From the NCBI RefSeq assembly GCF_006345805.1, contig NC_042997.1:174902001-174966000 (forward strand): 64,000 nucleotides of DNA. The letters run 5' to 3'. Shown here one piece after another: positions 11,225 through 25,751 of this stretch. Source of the stretch: Octopus sinensis (taxonomy: Eukaryota). Position numbers and translations under genes: made by a program. How positions within the stretch are numbered: the first letter of the stretch is position 1; the number at the start of each line of letters is the position of its first letter. The notes under the pieces were generated by a model. It worked only from the letters and a program-made list of their open reading frames with translations, did no database searches and had not been told where the DNA came from.

Positions 11225-12320
11225 TGTATGTATGGCCGACACAACGGAACAGCATGCTTCTGTGAAATTTTGTTTTCGACCGTGGAAAAAAGGCGTCCGA
11301 AAGAGTTATTATGTTTCAAACAGCTAACAAGGAAGCTGCCATGAGCAAAACATATGGGAAAAGTCAATTGTCGCTTGAAGACCACTCTTGTTCAGGTTGA
11401 TCTGAACCTCCCAAACTAATGAAAACATCACGAAAATTCATGAACTGATCTTAGAAGACCGTCGCTGAACAATTGAAAACTTGTTGATATGACTGGTGTA
11501 TCCTGGACCTCTTACCAACGGATTTTGAGCGAGGAATCGCGAATGAAAAGAGTTGCAGTAAAATTTATGCCTCGTTTGCTCACGGAAGATCAAAGACAAT
11601 CACAACTTAATTAATGCGTGTCGTGAACTGAAAGAACAGTTGGAAGTTGATCCGAACATTTTTCCAGGGGTCATCACTGCTGACGAAATCTGGTGTTATG
11701 GCTACGAGCCGGAAACAAAGCAGCAATCAAGTCAATGAAAGTAGTCAATGTCACCACGACCCAAAAAAGCGCTTCAAGTGAAGCCCAATGTCAAGACGAT
11801 GTTAATTTTTGTTTCGTTGATGTGAAAGGAATTGTCTACACAGAATTTGTTCCTCCTGGTCAAACTGCTAACCAGACATTTTACTTGGCAGTTCTGAAGC
11901 ATTTGCGAGATGCGTTGAGACGAAAACGCCCCGATCTGTGGTAAATTGGAGAGTGGTAGTTTCATTACGATTATGTGCTTGTGCACACCACTTAGAGTTT
12001 GAGACAGTTTTTACCGGAAAATGGCATGACCTCGCTTACCCACACACCCTATTCACCGATCTTGATCCCAGCGACAATTGTTCTCCCGAACGAAAAATGA
12101 CTTTCGAGGAAAACGTTTGCAGATGTGGAAGAGGGGAAGAAAAATGACGGAGGCATTAAAAGGCATCACTTCGCAAGAGTTCCTGGACTACTTCGAACAG
12201 TGGAAAATGCGTCTGGACCGATGCATAGCTTCAAATGGGGAATACACTGAAGGCGATAAAATTGTAAACATATAAAACTGAGTGAATAAAATAATATTGC
12301 AAAATTGCTGTTTCTTTTGT
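11225..12320 (+). pseudogene. Mariner transposase pseudogene (D,D34D type), many frameshifts and stops
   Basis: Motifs resembling TADEIWCYGYEPETKQQS, FVDVKGIVYTEFVPPGQT, HTPYSPDL, WKMRLDRCIASNGEY. Confidence 0.92.
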
Positions 12321-12339
12321 ATATGTGTTTGTGCGTGTT

Positions 12340-12389
<50 letters not shown>

Positions 12390-13846
12390 CGTGTGGGAGG
12401 GTTTGAAAGAAAAGGAGATTATGTTGCAATGTTCAGCTGGTCGAACGACTGCATATAAGCGTTAGTGTGTTTGTCCAGGCACAAAAGTCCAGAGTCCTAA
12501 TATTTTAGAAAATTTGAAGACATGTGTGGCGGGCAAAGAGAAGTTTTGATGTTCATGTCATGCCAAAAGGCAACCAAGAAATGTCAGATTTGTAAAACGG
12601 TTTCACTGGACTAAAAGTAGTCTTCAACTTTTCAGAACTTCAGCTTTTCATATACTTTTCTTAACCTGCAAATCTTTCACTCACCTTATAATAAATATGA
12701 ATAATTCTGGGTCAACATGGGAGCCCTTATATAGTTGCTCGACCTGCAGAAATAGCAACCAAATTTTCCTTAGTTTTCTTCATCTGTCGCCGATGTACGC
12801 CAGAGCTCGGAGTCACAGCTAATAGTTTGCCAGACTGTTCCGGGACGTTATAGCCGTCTATATTTTCCAAGGTACAATACGTTTGGCAATAAGACGAGAT
12901 AGTTACGGCTGGAATACCTTTGATTTTACGTCTGTTGCTTGATTAGATTTTATCTGGAGTAAAACGGTTACATTAATAACAACAGCGTTAATTTTTCATT
13001 CTATCATTGATACAAGACCACGATTATTTAGAAAAAGATGATGTTTAAATATTTGACTAAATCGTTTCCTCTGTACATAACAGTTAATCCTGAAATGCAT
13101 GGGCGAGCCACTTGGCCCCTACATTCATTAGCTTCTAATCAACGCAAAGAGACCGAAGATTTCTGAAATGAAAGCTCTGTCCAAACGTCACTAATATAAT
13201 TACGTCATAACCACAATATGGAAAAGTTTAAACTTCTTTGGACTTGAAAATGCTGAAGTCAAATTCATTTTCTTTCTCCCACTTTCTCTCACTTCTTCTC
13301 TCTCTCTTTCTACCCTCTCTCTCTCTCTCCCTCTCTCTGTCACACTCACACGCACAACATACAGACACATACACATCACATGCACACACACACACACACA
13401 TACATACACGCGCGCAAACACACACATAATCACGAAGGCCCTCATATCTATACACACATACACACACCACAGTGACGCACTCATGTACACACAGATAGTG
13501 GTACACACATGCACAAACACACACACACAGACAAACGCATGCGCACACGCGAGAATGCGTGTCAGAGACAAAATGAGTAAGGTCAAAAGGACGGAGATAA
13601 GAGAATGTGAAAGAGACCAAGAGATACACATATACAATCTATACTAACACACACAAATACAGAGTTTCAGACACATTCACACATTTATAACCAAAGTTAT
13701 ATGCGGTCATATGTTTTTCAAAAATAGTGATATATGCAGTCTATCGAACATTTAATAAAGAATCTATTTGGCTTTATTACTGAAACTAGCAGGAATATCT
13801 AATAATATTATATCTAACCAACGAAGGCGGCGAGCTAGAAGAATCG

Positions 13847-13995
13847 TTCGGCCGGAGGATCACTCGGTTCGTCCGTCGATGAAGAGCGCGGCTATCCGTG
13901 AACTGATGCGAATTGCAGGACTCAGAGAACATCGACACTTCGAAGGCACATTGCGGCCCTGGGATCCCATTGTCCCAAGGGCCCCGTCCGGTCGA
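13847..13995 (+). rRNA. 5.8S rRNA: 5.8S rRNA copy, nearly full length, isolated from 18S/28S (probable retrocopy)
   Basis: Recognisable 5.8S sequence: ggaggatcactcggttcgtccgtcgatgaagagcgc...gaattgcaggac...gaacatcgacacttcgaaggcacattgcggccc, with a GC-rich 3' hairpin (ggccctggga/tcccaagggcc); no ITS or 18S/28S sequence in the flanks. Confidence 0.9.
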
Positions 13996-14003
13996 TTTTT
14001 GAA

Positions 14004-14617
14004 GGCGGCGAGCTGGCAGAAACGTTAGCACGCCGGGCGAAATGCTTAGCGGTATTTCGTCTGCTGCTACGTTGTGAGTTCAAATTCCGCCGAGGTCGAC
14101 TTTGCCTTTCATCCTTTCGGGGTCGATAAATTAAGTACCAGTTACGCACTGAGGTCGATATAATCGACTTAATCCGTCTGTCTGTCCTTGTTTGTTTCCT
14201 CTGTGTTTAACCCCTTGTGGGTAGTAAAGAAATCGGTATTTCGTCTGCAGTTACGTTCTGAGTTCAAATTCCGCCGAGGTCGACTTTGCCTGTCATCCTC
14301 TCGGGGTCGATAAATTAAGTTACGCACTGGGGTCGATGTAATCGACTTAATCCTTTTGTCTGCCCTTCTTTGTACCCTCTATGTTTAGCCCCTTGTGGGC
14401 AATAAAGAAATAAGAATCGTTAGACCGCCGGGTAAAACGCTTAGCGGCATTTCGTCTGTCTTTACGCTGTGAGTTCAAATTCCGCTGAGGTCGACTTTGC
14501 TTTCATCCTCTCGGGGTCGATAAAATAAGTACTAGTTATGCACTAGGGTCGATGTAATCGAATAGCGCCCGTCCCACTTCCCCCAAAATTTCAAGCCTTG
14601 TGCCTATAGCAGACAGA
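14004..14617 (+). mobile_element. Family A SINE trimer directly downstream of the 5.8S copy
   Basis: Full head ggcggcgagctggcagaaacgttagcacgccgggcg at 14004; unit junctions at about 14232 and 14412. Confidence 0.92.
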
Positions 14618-14637
14618 AATATTATACCTAACAAGAA

Positions 14638-14870
14638 TGCGGCGAGCAGGCAGAATCGTTTAGGGACGGACAAAATGCTTAGCGGCACTTCGTCCGGTTT
14701 TACGCTCTTGGCTCAAATTCCGCCAAGGTCTACTTTGCCTGTCATTCTTTCGGAGTCTATAAAAAAATGTCTTAGTTAAGCACTGGGGGATCAATGTAAT
14801 AGACTTAACCCTCCGCACACACATACACACGATATTGCAGGTCTTGTGCCAAAATTAGAAGCCAATAAAC
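14638..14870 (+). mobile_element. Older diverged family A SINE
   Basis: gcggcgagcaggcagaatcgtt head, ctcaaattccgcc B-box, degenerate core. Confidence 0.8.
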
Positions 14871-16259
14871 GCGATAGATAACGAAAATATATTTCACCGA
14901 TATTTTCTAAGCATCTTAGAAAAAATAAACTTTGTAATCATTTATTTTAAATGAAAACAAATGAAAAGACCAGTAGAGATCGAGAGACAGAAACAAACAA
15001 GCCTATACCGCAATAAATATGAATTTGTTTTGTAAATGATAGCAGTAAATATTGAATATTTTGTAATTAAAACATGAACTTGAATCAATAATTATAATAA
15101 AATGAAAAGCCTTCTTTAATTAAAATAAATTTTGAATTGTTTTAATTTTTTAAGAATTTTGTAAACAACGGAAATTTTAATAATTGCTTACTTTTAATAA
15201 ATGCAACAATTTTTAGCAAAAGTTACATAATTAACAAGCAGTTCTCTCCATTATAGTATAGTTATCTTGAAAATATTCTCAAACGTTTTAAAAGCAACAA
15301 ACTTAATTTTTACTAAAATACTCACCATGTTTATAGCAATAGTCTGTTGATATACGTATAACTACGTCATGTCACCATTATTTCGTATTCATAGTTTTAA
15401 TTGTCATTCAGTTACACTAAATGCAGCACAGAATTTTGTCAGTGAACAGGTCGCGGTCTCAAAGCGACGAAAATATTTTGGCAAATTGAATTTAAATGTT
15501 GAAGTGAATCTAACGGTTTTTGTGTGTTTCTTAAATGGCTTATAAACAACACCTTCCACGTTGCAATTGTTTTCGTTCCAGCACACGACCTCAGATCAGG
15601 TCACTTGCTATGCAAGTACATCTCTACAATAAATTCCTTTCCGTGAATGTGTCGATTGAAATCCCCGGGTTACTTCAACTGAAATTGATGGTTAAAATTT
15701 CATACGGTTACAGTAACACTACAGTACACCTTGTGACTATGTAATGGTATCAAGCAGCATCTTAAGAACTGACTTGATACTAGTCTTTAGATGTTTGGTT
15801 GTACCCGTGGCGCACACTTTTTTTTTTGTTTCTAATCACTGTGAGTGATTGAAAGAGAGTGAAAATTTCTGAAACGAAAACCTCCACTGACATTATGACG
15901 TCATAATCACAATATGAAAAACTTAAAACTTCTTTGTACTACGTGGAAAATGCTTAAATTCAATCTTCTCCCCTTCTCTCTCCCCCTCTCTCTCTCTCTT
16001 TCTTTTTTTCTTTCTCTCTTTTTCCTTTTCTTCCTCTCACTCTCTCTCCCTTTCTCTCACACATATTCACACACCACATACACATACTGACATACAGGTA
16101 CCCCACACGCTCACGCACACAAACCCACTTACGCATATACATACATACACACACACGCATATATACATATGTATGCATGCATGCATACATACATGTATGT
16201 ATGTATGTATGTATGTATGTATGTATACTCTTTACTCTCTTTTACTCTTTTACTTGTTT

Positions 16260-16511
<252 letters not shown>

Positions 16512-17452
16512 TTTTTCTTTATTAGCCACACAGGGCTGCACACAGATAGAAAAATTACAAGGTAGAGCTTTTCTTTTGAAGGTTTAAAAAAAAAAAAAAA
16601 AAGGAGGGGGAGTTTCGATCAAAAGGGATCGTAAAAGGAGAGAAAGAGGACAAAAGAAAGGGGTGTTAAAAAAAAAAAAAAGGGGAGAGGAAAAAAAATT
16701 GATCAATAGGGATCGTTATCACAGAAATGTCAATATGAAGTGTAAAGGGGAGGACAGGTGAGGTTTACCCGTGGAAAGAAAAGCCTACGGAAAAGACCAC
16801 GGTAACCTCGGTCATGAAGTCACATTTTATATTTCTTTTTTTTTTTTTTTTTTTTTTGCAAATAAGCAACTCTCTGTTTTCGATTTCTGGGTTCATAGGA
16901 CTATGCTCAAGGTGGCTTCGTCATTCATACGTGCCATTCTTGCTACATTCACCCATCTTTTTTAAAACATTCGCTAGACAAAACTTGCCTCTCTACTCTC
17001 ACTTTCCTTTTCAAGTGGTACTTGAAGAAGTTGATGAGAGATTGACCAGAGAGGAAAGTGTTTGTCTCCAATCCTTTCAGACGCGTCCACCAGATACATT
17101 CTTTCGCCATAGCCACAAGGATGATGAAAATAGCTCTTCCTTCCCGTTTGAAGGAAGGAGGCGTGACAATATTGACGATAGACTCAGCTGATAAACCGAC
17201 TCGTCCAACCGTGACAGCAGTTGTTCGACATAAGCCCACAGGTCGGAAATTGTTGGACACTGAACGAGTGCGTGCAGAACGGTTTCGTCGCTCTGACCGC
17301 ATCTCGGGCAGGTCGGCCCCGTGTTTCTCGAGCCGTGTCTGTAGAGCTTATCCCGAACGGGTAGCGCTTCTCGGTAGCACTGCCAGGCCAGGGATCTCTG
17401 GAAGTTGTCCATGGGCCCTGGCCCGAGATATAAATTAGAAATGGAAACCAAA
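16512..17452 (-). mobile_element. L1/Tx1-clade LINE 3' end (zf-RVT C-terminus plus 3' UTR)
   Basis: LAWQCYREALPVRDKLYRHG...TCPRCGQSDETVLHALVQCP (CCHC zinc finger); ends in aataaaagaaaa. Confidence 0.9.
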
Positions 17453-17569
17453 ACAATAAATTGAATAATTAAATAATTTAATCATTAAATGATAAATTCA
17501 ATTCAATTTTATTATTCTATACAAACAAATGACACATATATATCATAATACACGCAGGTACACAAACAC

Positions 17570-17735
17570 ACATACACAGCGCGTTTCTTTCAGTTCCATC
17601 AACCAAATCCTCTCACAAGACCTTGGTAGGCTCGGGGCTGCATTAGAAGACATTTTGCCAAAGGTGCCACGCAGCGAGACTGAGCCCGAAATCATGTGTT
17701 TGGGAATCAAGCTTCTTATCAAACAGCCCACACAG
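17570..17735 (-). mobile_element. Family B SINE 5' half
   Basis: Reverse complement of tggctgtgtgg...tcgggctcagtctcgctgcgtggcacctttggcaaaatgtcttc. Confidence 0.8.
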
Positions 17736-18157
17736 CCATGCTTGTTCGTATTTTGATTATTTTTTTTTTTAAACCAACTCTACCAGTCTTCAAATAAATA
17801 AAAACATAAATAAATAAACATCATGTAATGAAGGAAAAGAAACAGATCAATCTAAATTCTCGTCGCACAGCTAGCAGTAGGTCTGGCAATTGATTTTGAT
17901 TGTGTATAATGTTTTATTTAACCTCTGTGTAAACGTTATCTCCATTGATGAGTTGTAATTATGTTTCCTGACACCCATGGTGTCGTCTCAAATGTTGTTA
18001 GCTCCCATTCATTCATGTGTGAGTTGCAACATTTCTTAAGATATACACACACATACAAACACACACATACGAACGTACACATGCAAAATGCACACCACTC
18101 TGCGAATAACACTTCGTACATATGTGTGTGTGTATATATATATATATGTATATATAT

Positions 18158-18214
<57 letters not shown>

Positions 18215-18779
18215 CATATATATATATACACACACACACACATATATATATATGCGTTCATGTATGTATACGTATGTATGCATGTACCTATGTTTATGTT
18301 TTTGTATGTATATACGATGTATGTGTATATTTACGTACGTATTCACGTATGTATACATACACGCGCGTATATGTATATGTACGTATATATTATATGTATG
18401 CATCCATGTATGTATGTATGTATGTATGTATGTAAGCATGCATATATGTGTATATCTAAGTATGTATGCATGTATATATGCATATGTATGTACATATGTA
18501 TCTTTGTGCATATATGTATATTTGATGTTTGTCTATGTATTTATATATGCATTCATGTATTATGCATGTATATGTATGCACGTACATATGTATGTATATA
18601 TGATGTATGTGTGCTATGTATGTACGTATAGATGTACGTACGGATGGCTGTACGGATGTAAGCGCAGTATGGCTGAATGGTTCAGACGCTTGCTTCGCAA
18701 CAACATGATCCCGGTTTCGATCCCATTGCGCAACATTTTGACTAAATGCCATATTCTATAGCCTAAGAGTGATCGATAC

Positions 18780-19290
18780 CTTGTGAATGAAACTGCGTCG
18801 AGACAAACTGCATAAAAGAAGCACATCGGCTGGATTATACCAGTAATTCAATAGGGACTGCCTTGTTACACATTTTGTCACACTGATTCTTCCAAAGAAT
18901 TTCGGTAAGAAGGAGGAATTTCAACCGTGTTTCGTGGTCTGCTACCACAACAGCTCCTTTATAGGATCCAGTTAGCTCAAGACATCATCAGAAGGAACTA
19001 CGTCCGATTTCAGCCCCTACTCTTCTACCGTTTTGACGTGGCGGGGCCCCACTTTCGGAGGTGTCTTTAGCTCTGGTGTTGGGTGCATGTCTTCTTTCTT
19101 TTACTTTCTTCTGTTCCCTTCGATGTCTGTGGAATTCTCAGCCACTTATTCGTTGGTTCAGAAACAAGCAATTCAGATGGTCGAATAACTAAATCCTCGT
19201 CGTCAAGAGACGGAGATTGAGCACTCCATATATATTGTTCTTCACCAGTTTCTATCATTGAATTACGACCATGCTAGCGAACAGCTTTAC
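18780..19290 (-). pseudogene. Possible decayed DNA transposase N-terminus (piggyBac-like)
   Basis: Acidic SLDDEDLV...W.RIPQTSKG followed by an FLLLTEIL-like stretch after frameshifts; weak similarity by eye only. Confidence 0.25.
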
Positions 19291-19542
19291 AAGATTTTTA
19301 GTTGAATATATAGCGCGACAGTATCATTTCGGTTTGATAGTTATTTTACTGATCTTTATGTATCGAACCGCTAAGTCACGTGACATCAAAAACCACTCGG
19401 ATTTTATTTTGTTCGATGCAAGCGCATACTCAAGCGACACATAATACTCAAGTGACACATTATACTCAAGCAGGAGTATGTATTTGTGTAATTTTATGTA
19501 TGTGCGCGTGTATGAACACATAAATATGTTCGTATATATATA

Positions 19543-19591
<49 letters not shown>

Positions 19592-19691
19592 TATATACTC
19601 ACACACATATATGGATGTGTGTATGCATGTAACCGCACACAAATATATAGATAAATACACGTCTGAGTATATGTATGTGAACGCGTGCGTG

Positions 19692-19747
<56 letters not shown>

Positions 19748-19908
19748 AATGTATATATATATATATATATATATATACGTTAGCTGTGTGTCTTTATCCG
19801 TATGTAATCAAAATGGAGGAATAACAGGGCTGTTCGGGATTCATTAGAGGTTTTTAAGCAAATATCTATCTTGTCATTAGAATTGGAAATGTTTATCTTC
19901 AGACACAT

Positions 19909-19945
<37 letters not shown>

Positions 19946-20264
19946 ACACACACACACACACATACTTATAAATACACACACACACATACACTTATAAATA
20001 CACACACACACAAATATATATATACACATATAAACACACACACATATATATACACACGCAATTCGTCACCGTTCAACGTTCAGTATTCACCATTCCGCGT
20101 TGTAATTAATGTTACTGTGTCACCTTCAGCAGCAGTATCTTTCTGAGACAATAGTAATTAGTTCTTTTAATTGGTTCCAGCTTGATAAACTGAAGGATCT
20201 AAAGATAATTATCTTATTCGGCTATAAGACTAAAAATTGCTGCCATGGTAATATTTCCCTACTA

Positions 20265-20280
20265 CTACTACTACTACTAC

Positions 20281-20330
<50 letters not shown>

Positions 20331-20477
20331 CTACTACTACTACTACTACTGCTGCTGCTACTAATACTATACTAATAAAACGACCTCTGTTTCTTCAACC
20401 AGCTACTGCCAGTACTACAACAACCACTTCTACTTTTACCACAACCACTACTACAGCTACAACTACTACTTCTTCTT

Positions 20478-20511
<34 letters not shown>

Positions 20512-20585
20512 AACTTCTTCTACTACTACTACTACTACAGCAACTTCTGCTGCTGCTACTACTACTACTACTACTACAACTTCTT

Positions 20586-20649
<64 letters not shown>

Positions 20650-20932
20650 TTCTGGTAGTATCGCTACGAGTACTACTGCCACTATTACACAAATATTGAT
20701 AGTTGCTATACAAACACCTCCACCACCGCCATAAGCAGTACTATTATTACTATTTCTACAGCTACCCCTACTACTACAACTGCTGCTGTTGCTGTCGCTG
20801 CTATTGTTACTGCTACTACTACTACTACTATTATGATTACTTCCAGAACCATCACTACTATTTTTACCCCAACTACTATTACTACATCCACTACTGCTTG
20901 TATTACTCGACACTACTACTACTACGCTACTA
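20265..20932. repeat. (CTA)n/(TAA)n/(CTG)n trinucleotide field
   Basis: Directly visible. Confidence 0.95.
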
Positions 20933-21496
20933 TTGGGTTGTCCGGAAAGTTCGTGCCGATTTTAAAGGAAAGAATAAGGTCAATAAATACTTGCCATTAT
21001 ACTTTTAATCAACCAAATATGAACCATTTTGTTGCACAATGCGTCTCCATCTTTCCTATAACTTGAAAATACCCTCTTCCCAGAATTGTGGTGGTTTCAT
21101 GGCAAAGAATTCATCAAGGTATCTTTTTACATATCCAAGGAATTGAAATTTTTACCATTAAGACTATTCTGCAGAGACCTGAATAAGTGGAAATCCGAAG
21201 GAGCAATATCTGCTGAATATGGACGGTGGGGTAACGCATACCAGCCGAGCTGTAGCAATTTTTGTCTGGATCCCAAAGCATCAGATGCCAAAAATGTACT
21301 TTGTTATCTTCCATTTTAAGGGGTTGTAGAATTAACTCAGGTTATAGGAACATAAACCTTCTTCCGCGAAAAGATAGCTTAAACTGTGTTCTAAATGGAG
21401 GTGTAGTCAAATCCTATTTCATGGACTCAACCATGTTCTAAAATAAGTCGAAAGGTAAGCTACTATAAATTGGCACGAACTTTTCGGACAACCCAA
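20933..21496 (-). mobile_element. Internally deleted mariner with both TIRs and TA target duplication
   Basis: TIRs ttgggttgtccggaaagttcgtgccgattt / aaattggcacgaacttttcggacaacccaa; TA at 20931-20932 and 21497-21498; residual PYSADIAPSDFHLFRSLQN and RWRRIVQQNGSYLVD. Confidence 0.92.
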
Positions 21497-22035
21497 TACT
21501 ACCATTATTGCTACTGCTAATGCTAATACTAGTATCACAAGAAAAATGGTGGACGATGCCCTAAAGATGGTTGGTTATTGGCTCTATTAGGTGTTATTTA
21601 GCCCAATTGCAATCGCGAAATCCAGGAGCATGTAGGTAATTGATCGAATGAGGTGCGATCCACAGGCTTATTGTTACAGATGGAGCATTGTCTTGCTGGC
21701 GACCGCCCGTCCGTAGGTATCATCTTGGCAATATACTTGATGTATCTGCTGCAATAGGGGAGGCGAGAAAGCTCACAGGTTTTATTCTGTTAATCTATTT
21801 AAGCCTTATGCTTACACATGTACGCCACGACACACGAACCTATGTACAAATACGTAAAAGTGTTTTCTTATTTTTGTGTTGTGTTCGGGTAAATAAACTG
21901 AGCCTTCTTGGGTCATGAATGACTATGGGACTACACCTAGAAAGTATTACTTGTCCTTAACTTTCTCTCGTTATTTGCGTATCTAACTCATTTGTTTTTG
22001 TATTCATGTGGGTGACGTCCTGTACACATATATTC

Positions 22036-22104
<69 letters not shown>

Positions 22105-22173
22105 TGTGTGGTGTTGTGTGTGTGTGTGTCTGTGTTTGTGTACATATATATGTACATATATATATACGTTGTG

Positions 22174-22500
22174 AAGGCGCATGGCTCAGTAGTTAGAGCC
22201 TCGAGCTTACGATCGTGAGGTTGTGAGCTCGAATCCCGGACCCGGCTGTGTGTTGTGTTCTTGAGCAAGACACTTTATTTCGTGTTGCTCCAGTTCACTC
22301 AGCTGTAGAAACGAGGTGCGACGTCGCAAGTGCCAAGCTGTATCGATCTTTTCCTTTCCCTTGGATAACACTGGTGGCATGGAGAGGGGAGACCAGTATA
22401 CATGGGCGACTGCTGGTCTTCCATAAACAACCTTGCCCGGACTTAAACCTGGGAGGGTAACTTTCAAGGTGCAATCCCATGGTCTGTGTCGTGACCGAAG
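22174..22500 (+). mobile_element. tRNA-derived SINE family C (long tail variant)
   Basis: A-box gcatggctcagtagttagagc, B-box agctcgaatccc, then gtgttcttgagcaagacacttt. Confidence 0.85.
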
Positions 22501-22998
22501 GGGGTTTCAGAATATATACATACATATATATATATAACATTTATATTATTATTATTATTATTATTATTATACATACATACATACATACATACATACATAC
22601 ATACATACATACATACATACATACATACACACATACATACATACATACATACATACATACATACATACATACGTACATACATACATACATACGTACGTAC
22701 GTACGTACGTACGTACGTACGTACGTACAAACAAATAACTGCCAGTCTGGATAAGCTTGGATTTTCAGAAAAAGAAATCAACTGATTCGCACATTACAAA
22801 TACAGTTTGTAAGCGGAACAGTAAAACCATGCAAAACTTTTCTCGGGTTTAAAGTCTGACAACATTTTCGTTATCTAGATTCCAAAGATGGAGCTTTGTT
22901 AAAATTCAGCTCTTTCTTCAGAGGAAGAATTTAAATGATTAAAAACAGAAGAGACATAATACATACATACATACATACATACATACACATACATACAT

Positions 22999-23033
<35 letters not shown>

Positions 23034-23411
23034 TACTTATATGTATGCATACATTATTGAAGGGATACATAAAATCCAAGCGTTCACATCACCAACACTT
23101 CATGCAGGAACCTAGGTAACAGAGTGTTCGAATAATCCAAAAACTGATTGGTTGTACTTCGGTCAATTATTATAGGAGCACTTCGCCTATCCAAAGCATG
23201 CATATGAGATAAGTATGTAATAATCCTCACAAAGTCAGTAACAATAATTTTAATTGGGTAAAAGATAAGTAAACTTAATGTTACCGTATCTTTCGGTGAA
23301 CGACCGTAACATATTACATATTGCATAAAAAGTTGTGTAGTTTTACGCAATAACTTAAGAATTCACACGCTTCTTCAGATATTATAATTTGTTTCACTAT
23401 CAACTGATAGC

Positions 23412-23456
<45 letters not shown>

Positions 23457-23507
23457 TCAATTTTTTTATAAGAAATAATATAGGTCCACGGTTTGTACAA
23501 ATCACGT

Positions 23508-23910
23508 AGGAGTGGCTGTATGGTAAGTAGCTTGCTTATCAACCACATGGTTGCGGGTTCAGTCCCACTGCATGGCACCTTAGGCAAGTGTCTTCTACTA
23601 TAGCCTCGGGCCGACCAAAGCGCTGTGAGTGGATTTGATAGACGGAAACTGAAAGAAGCCCGTCGTATATGTGTATACATATATGTGTGTATGTGTGTGT
23701 GTTTGTGTGTCTGTGTTCGTCCTCCCAACATCGCTTGACAACCTATACTGGTGTGTTTATGTCCCCGTAACTTAGCGGTTCGATAAAATAGACCGATAGA
23801 ATAAGTACTAGGCTTACAAAGAATAAGTCCTGGGGTCGATTTGCTCGACTAAAGGCGGTGCTCCAGCATGGCCACAGTCAAAAGACTGAAACAAGTAAAA
23901 GAGTAAAATA
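23508..23910 (+). mobile_element. Full-length family B SINE (CORE-like motif caccttRggcaagt; possibly OR2-related)
   Basis: tRNA-like head gtggctgtatggtaag...gggttcagtccca, internal microsatellite, tail gactgaaacaagtaaaagagtaaaa. Confidence 0.88.
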
Positions 23911-24917
23911 GAGTATTAATAGTAAAGATCCCTTCACTCTATAGAACATTCTGTCATTATTATTACGAGTGAGGGTGGGGAATTGGCAGAATTGAAATTG
24001 AATCGGACAAAATGCCTTACGGTATTTCTTCCAATTGTTTGGGATCTGAGTTCCAATCCAGGTGATGTAAACTTTACCTTTCATCCCTGCAGGTCTATAA
24101 AATGAAGAAATCGATTTAACCGACGACTAACCGACTCCTCTGAAATTTCAGCTTTTTTTGCCTATGGGAAAAGCAATTATAACTCTAACGTTTGTGTATC
24201 TTTATTACATTGACTGCCGGGTAAGAAAAGATAAATAAGTAGCAATGCAAGCTCGTTGACTTTGTTTCAGAGATACACTTTATCTACGATCTTTTGTCAG
24301 GTGCTAAATGAGCAGGTGTGCTGGCTGCAAAAGAATTTTGTTCAGACCATTACCTTCAAGTGTTATAGTCTTCGAAATGATCTTATAAAGGAGGGTGGTG
24401 CATGCCATAAGTAACTTCGCAAACGGCTTCGTAATTGTTTTCTATGGCATCAAAAGCGGTAACTTAATATATGGTGTATATATATAAATGAATACACACA
24501 TATATATATATATATATATGTAGTATGTATGTATCCATGGATGTAATATGTATATATATAGATTATGTATATTTATATATATATATATATAGATATATAT
24601 ATATATATGTGTGTGGTGTGTGTGTGTGTGGTGTGTGTGTTGTGTGATATAATACATAACATATATAATTATTATATATATATATACATATATATATATA
24701 ATATATATAATATAATATATATAGAGATAAAACTTACTTGGAAATGGATGTGTGGCGTTCGATCATATAATAATAAAAATTTTATAATATAACATGTATA
24801 TAAGATAAAACTTACTTGGAAATGGATGTGTGGCGTTCGATCATATAGTAATATAATAATATATATGCATATATACATACATGTATGTACATACCTACAT
24901 ATATATGTATATATATA

Positions 24918-25640
<723 letters not shown>

Positions 25641-25751
25641 GTATATATACATATATATGTAGGCATGTACATATACGTAGGTATATATGTACATATTTAT
25701 ATATATTATATATATATGTAGACATATATATATAATATATTATATATATGC

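Noticed and set aside
13847-13995. Functional rDNA operon
   Set aside because: No 18S, ITS or 28S sequence adjacent; only an isolated 5.8S between SINE sequences
22174-22250. tRNA genes at SINE heads (also 27941, 40975-41048, 48115)
   Set aside because: A- and B-boxes are present but there is no complete acceptor stem or cloverleaf, and each continues into SINE body
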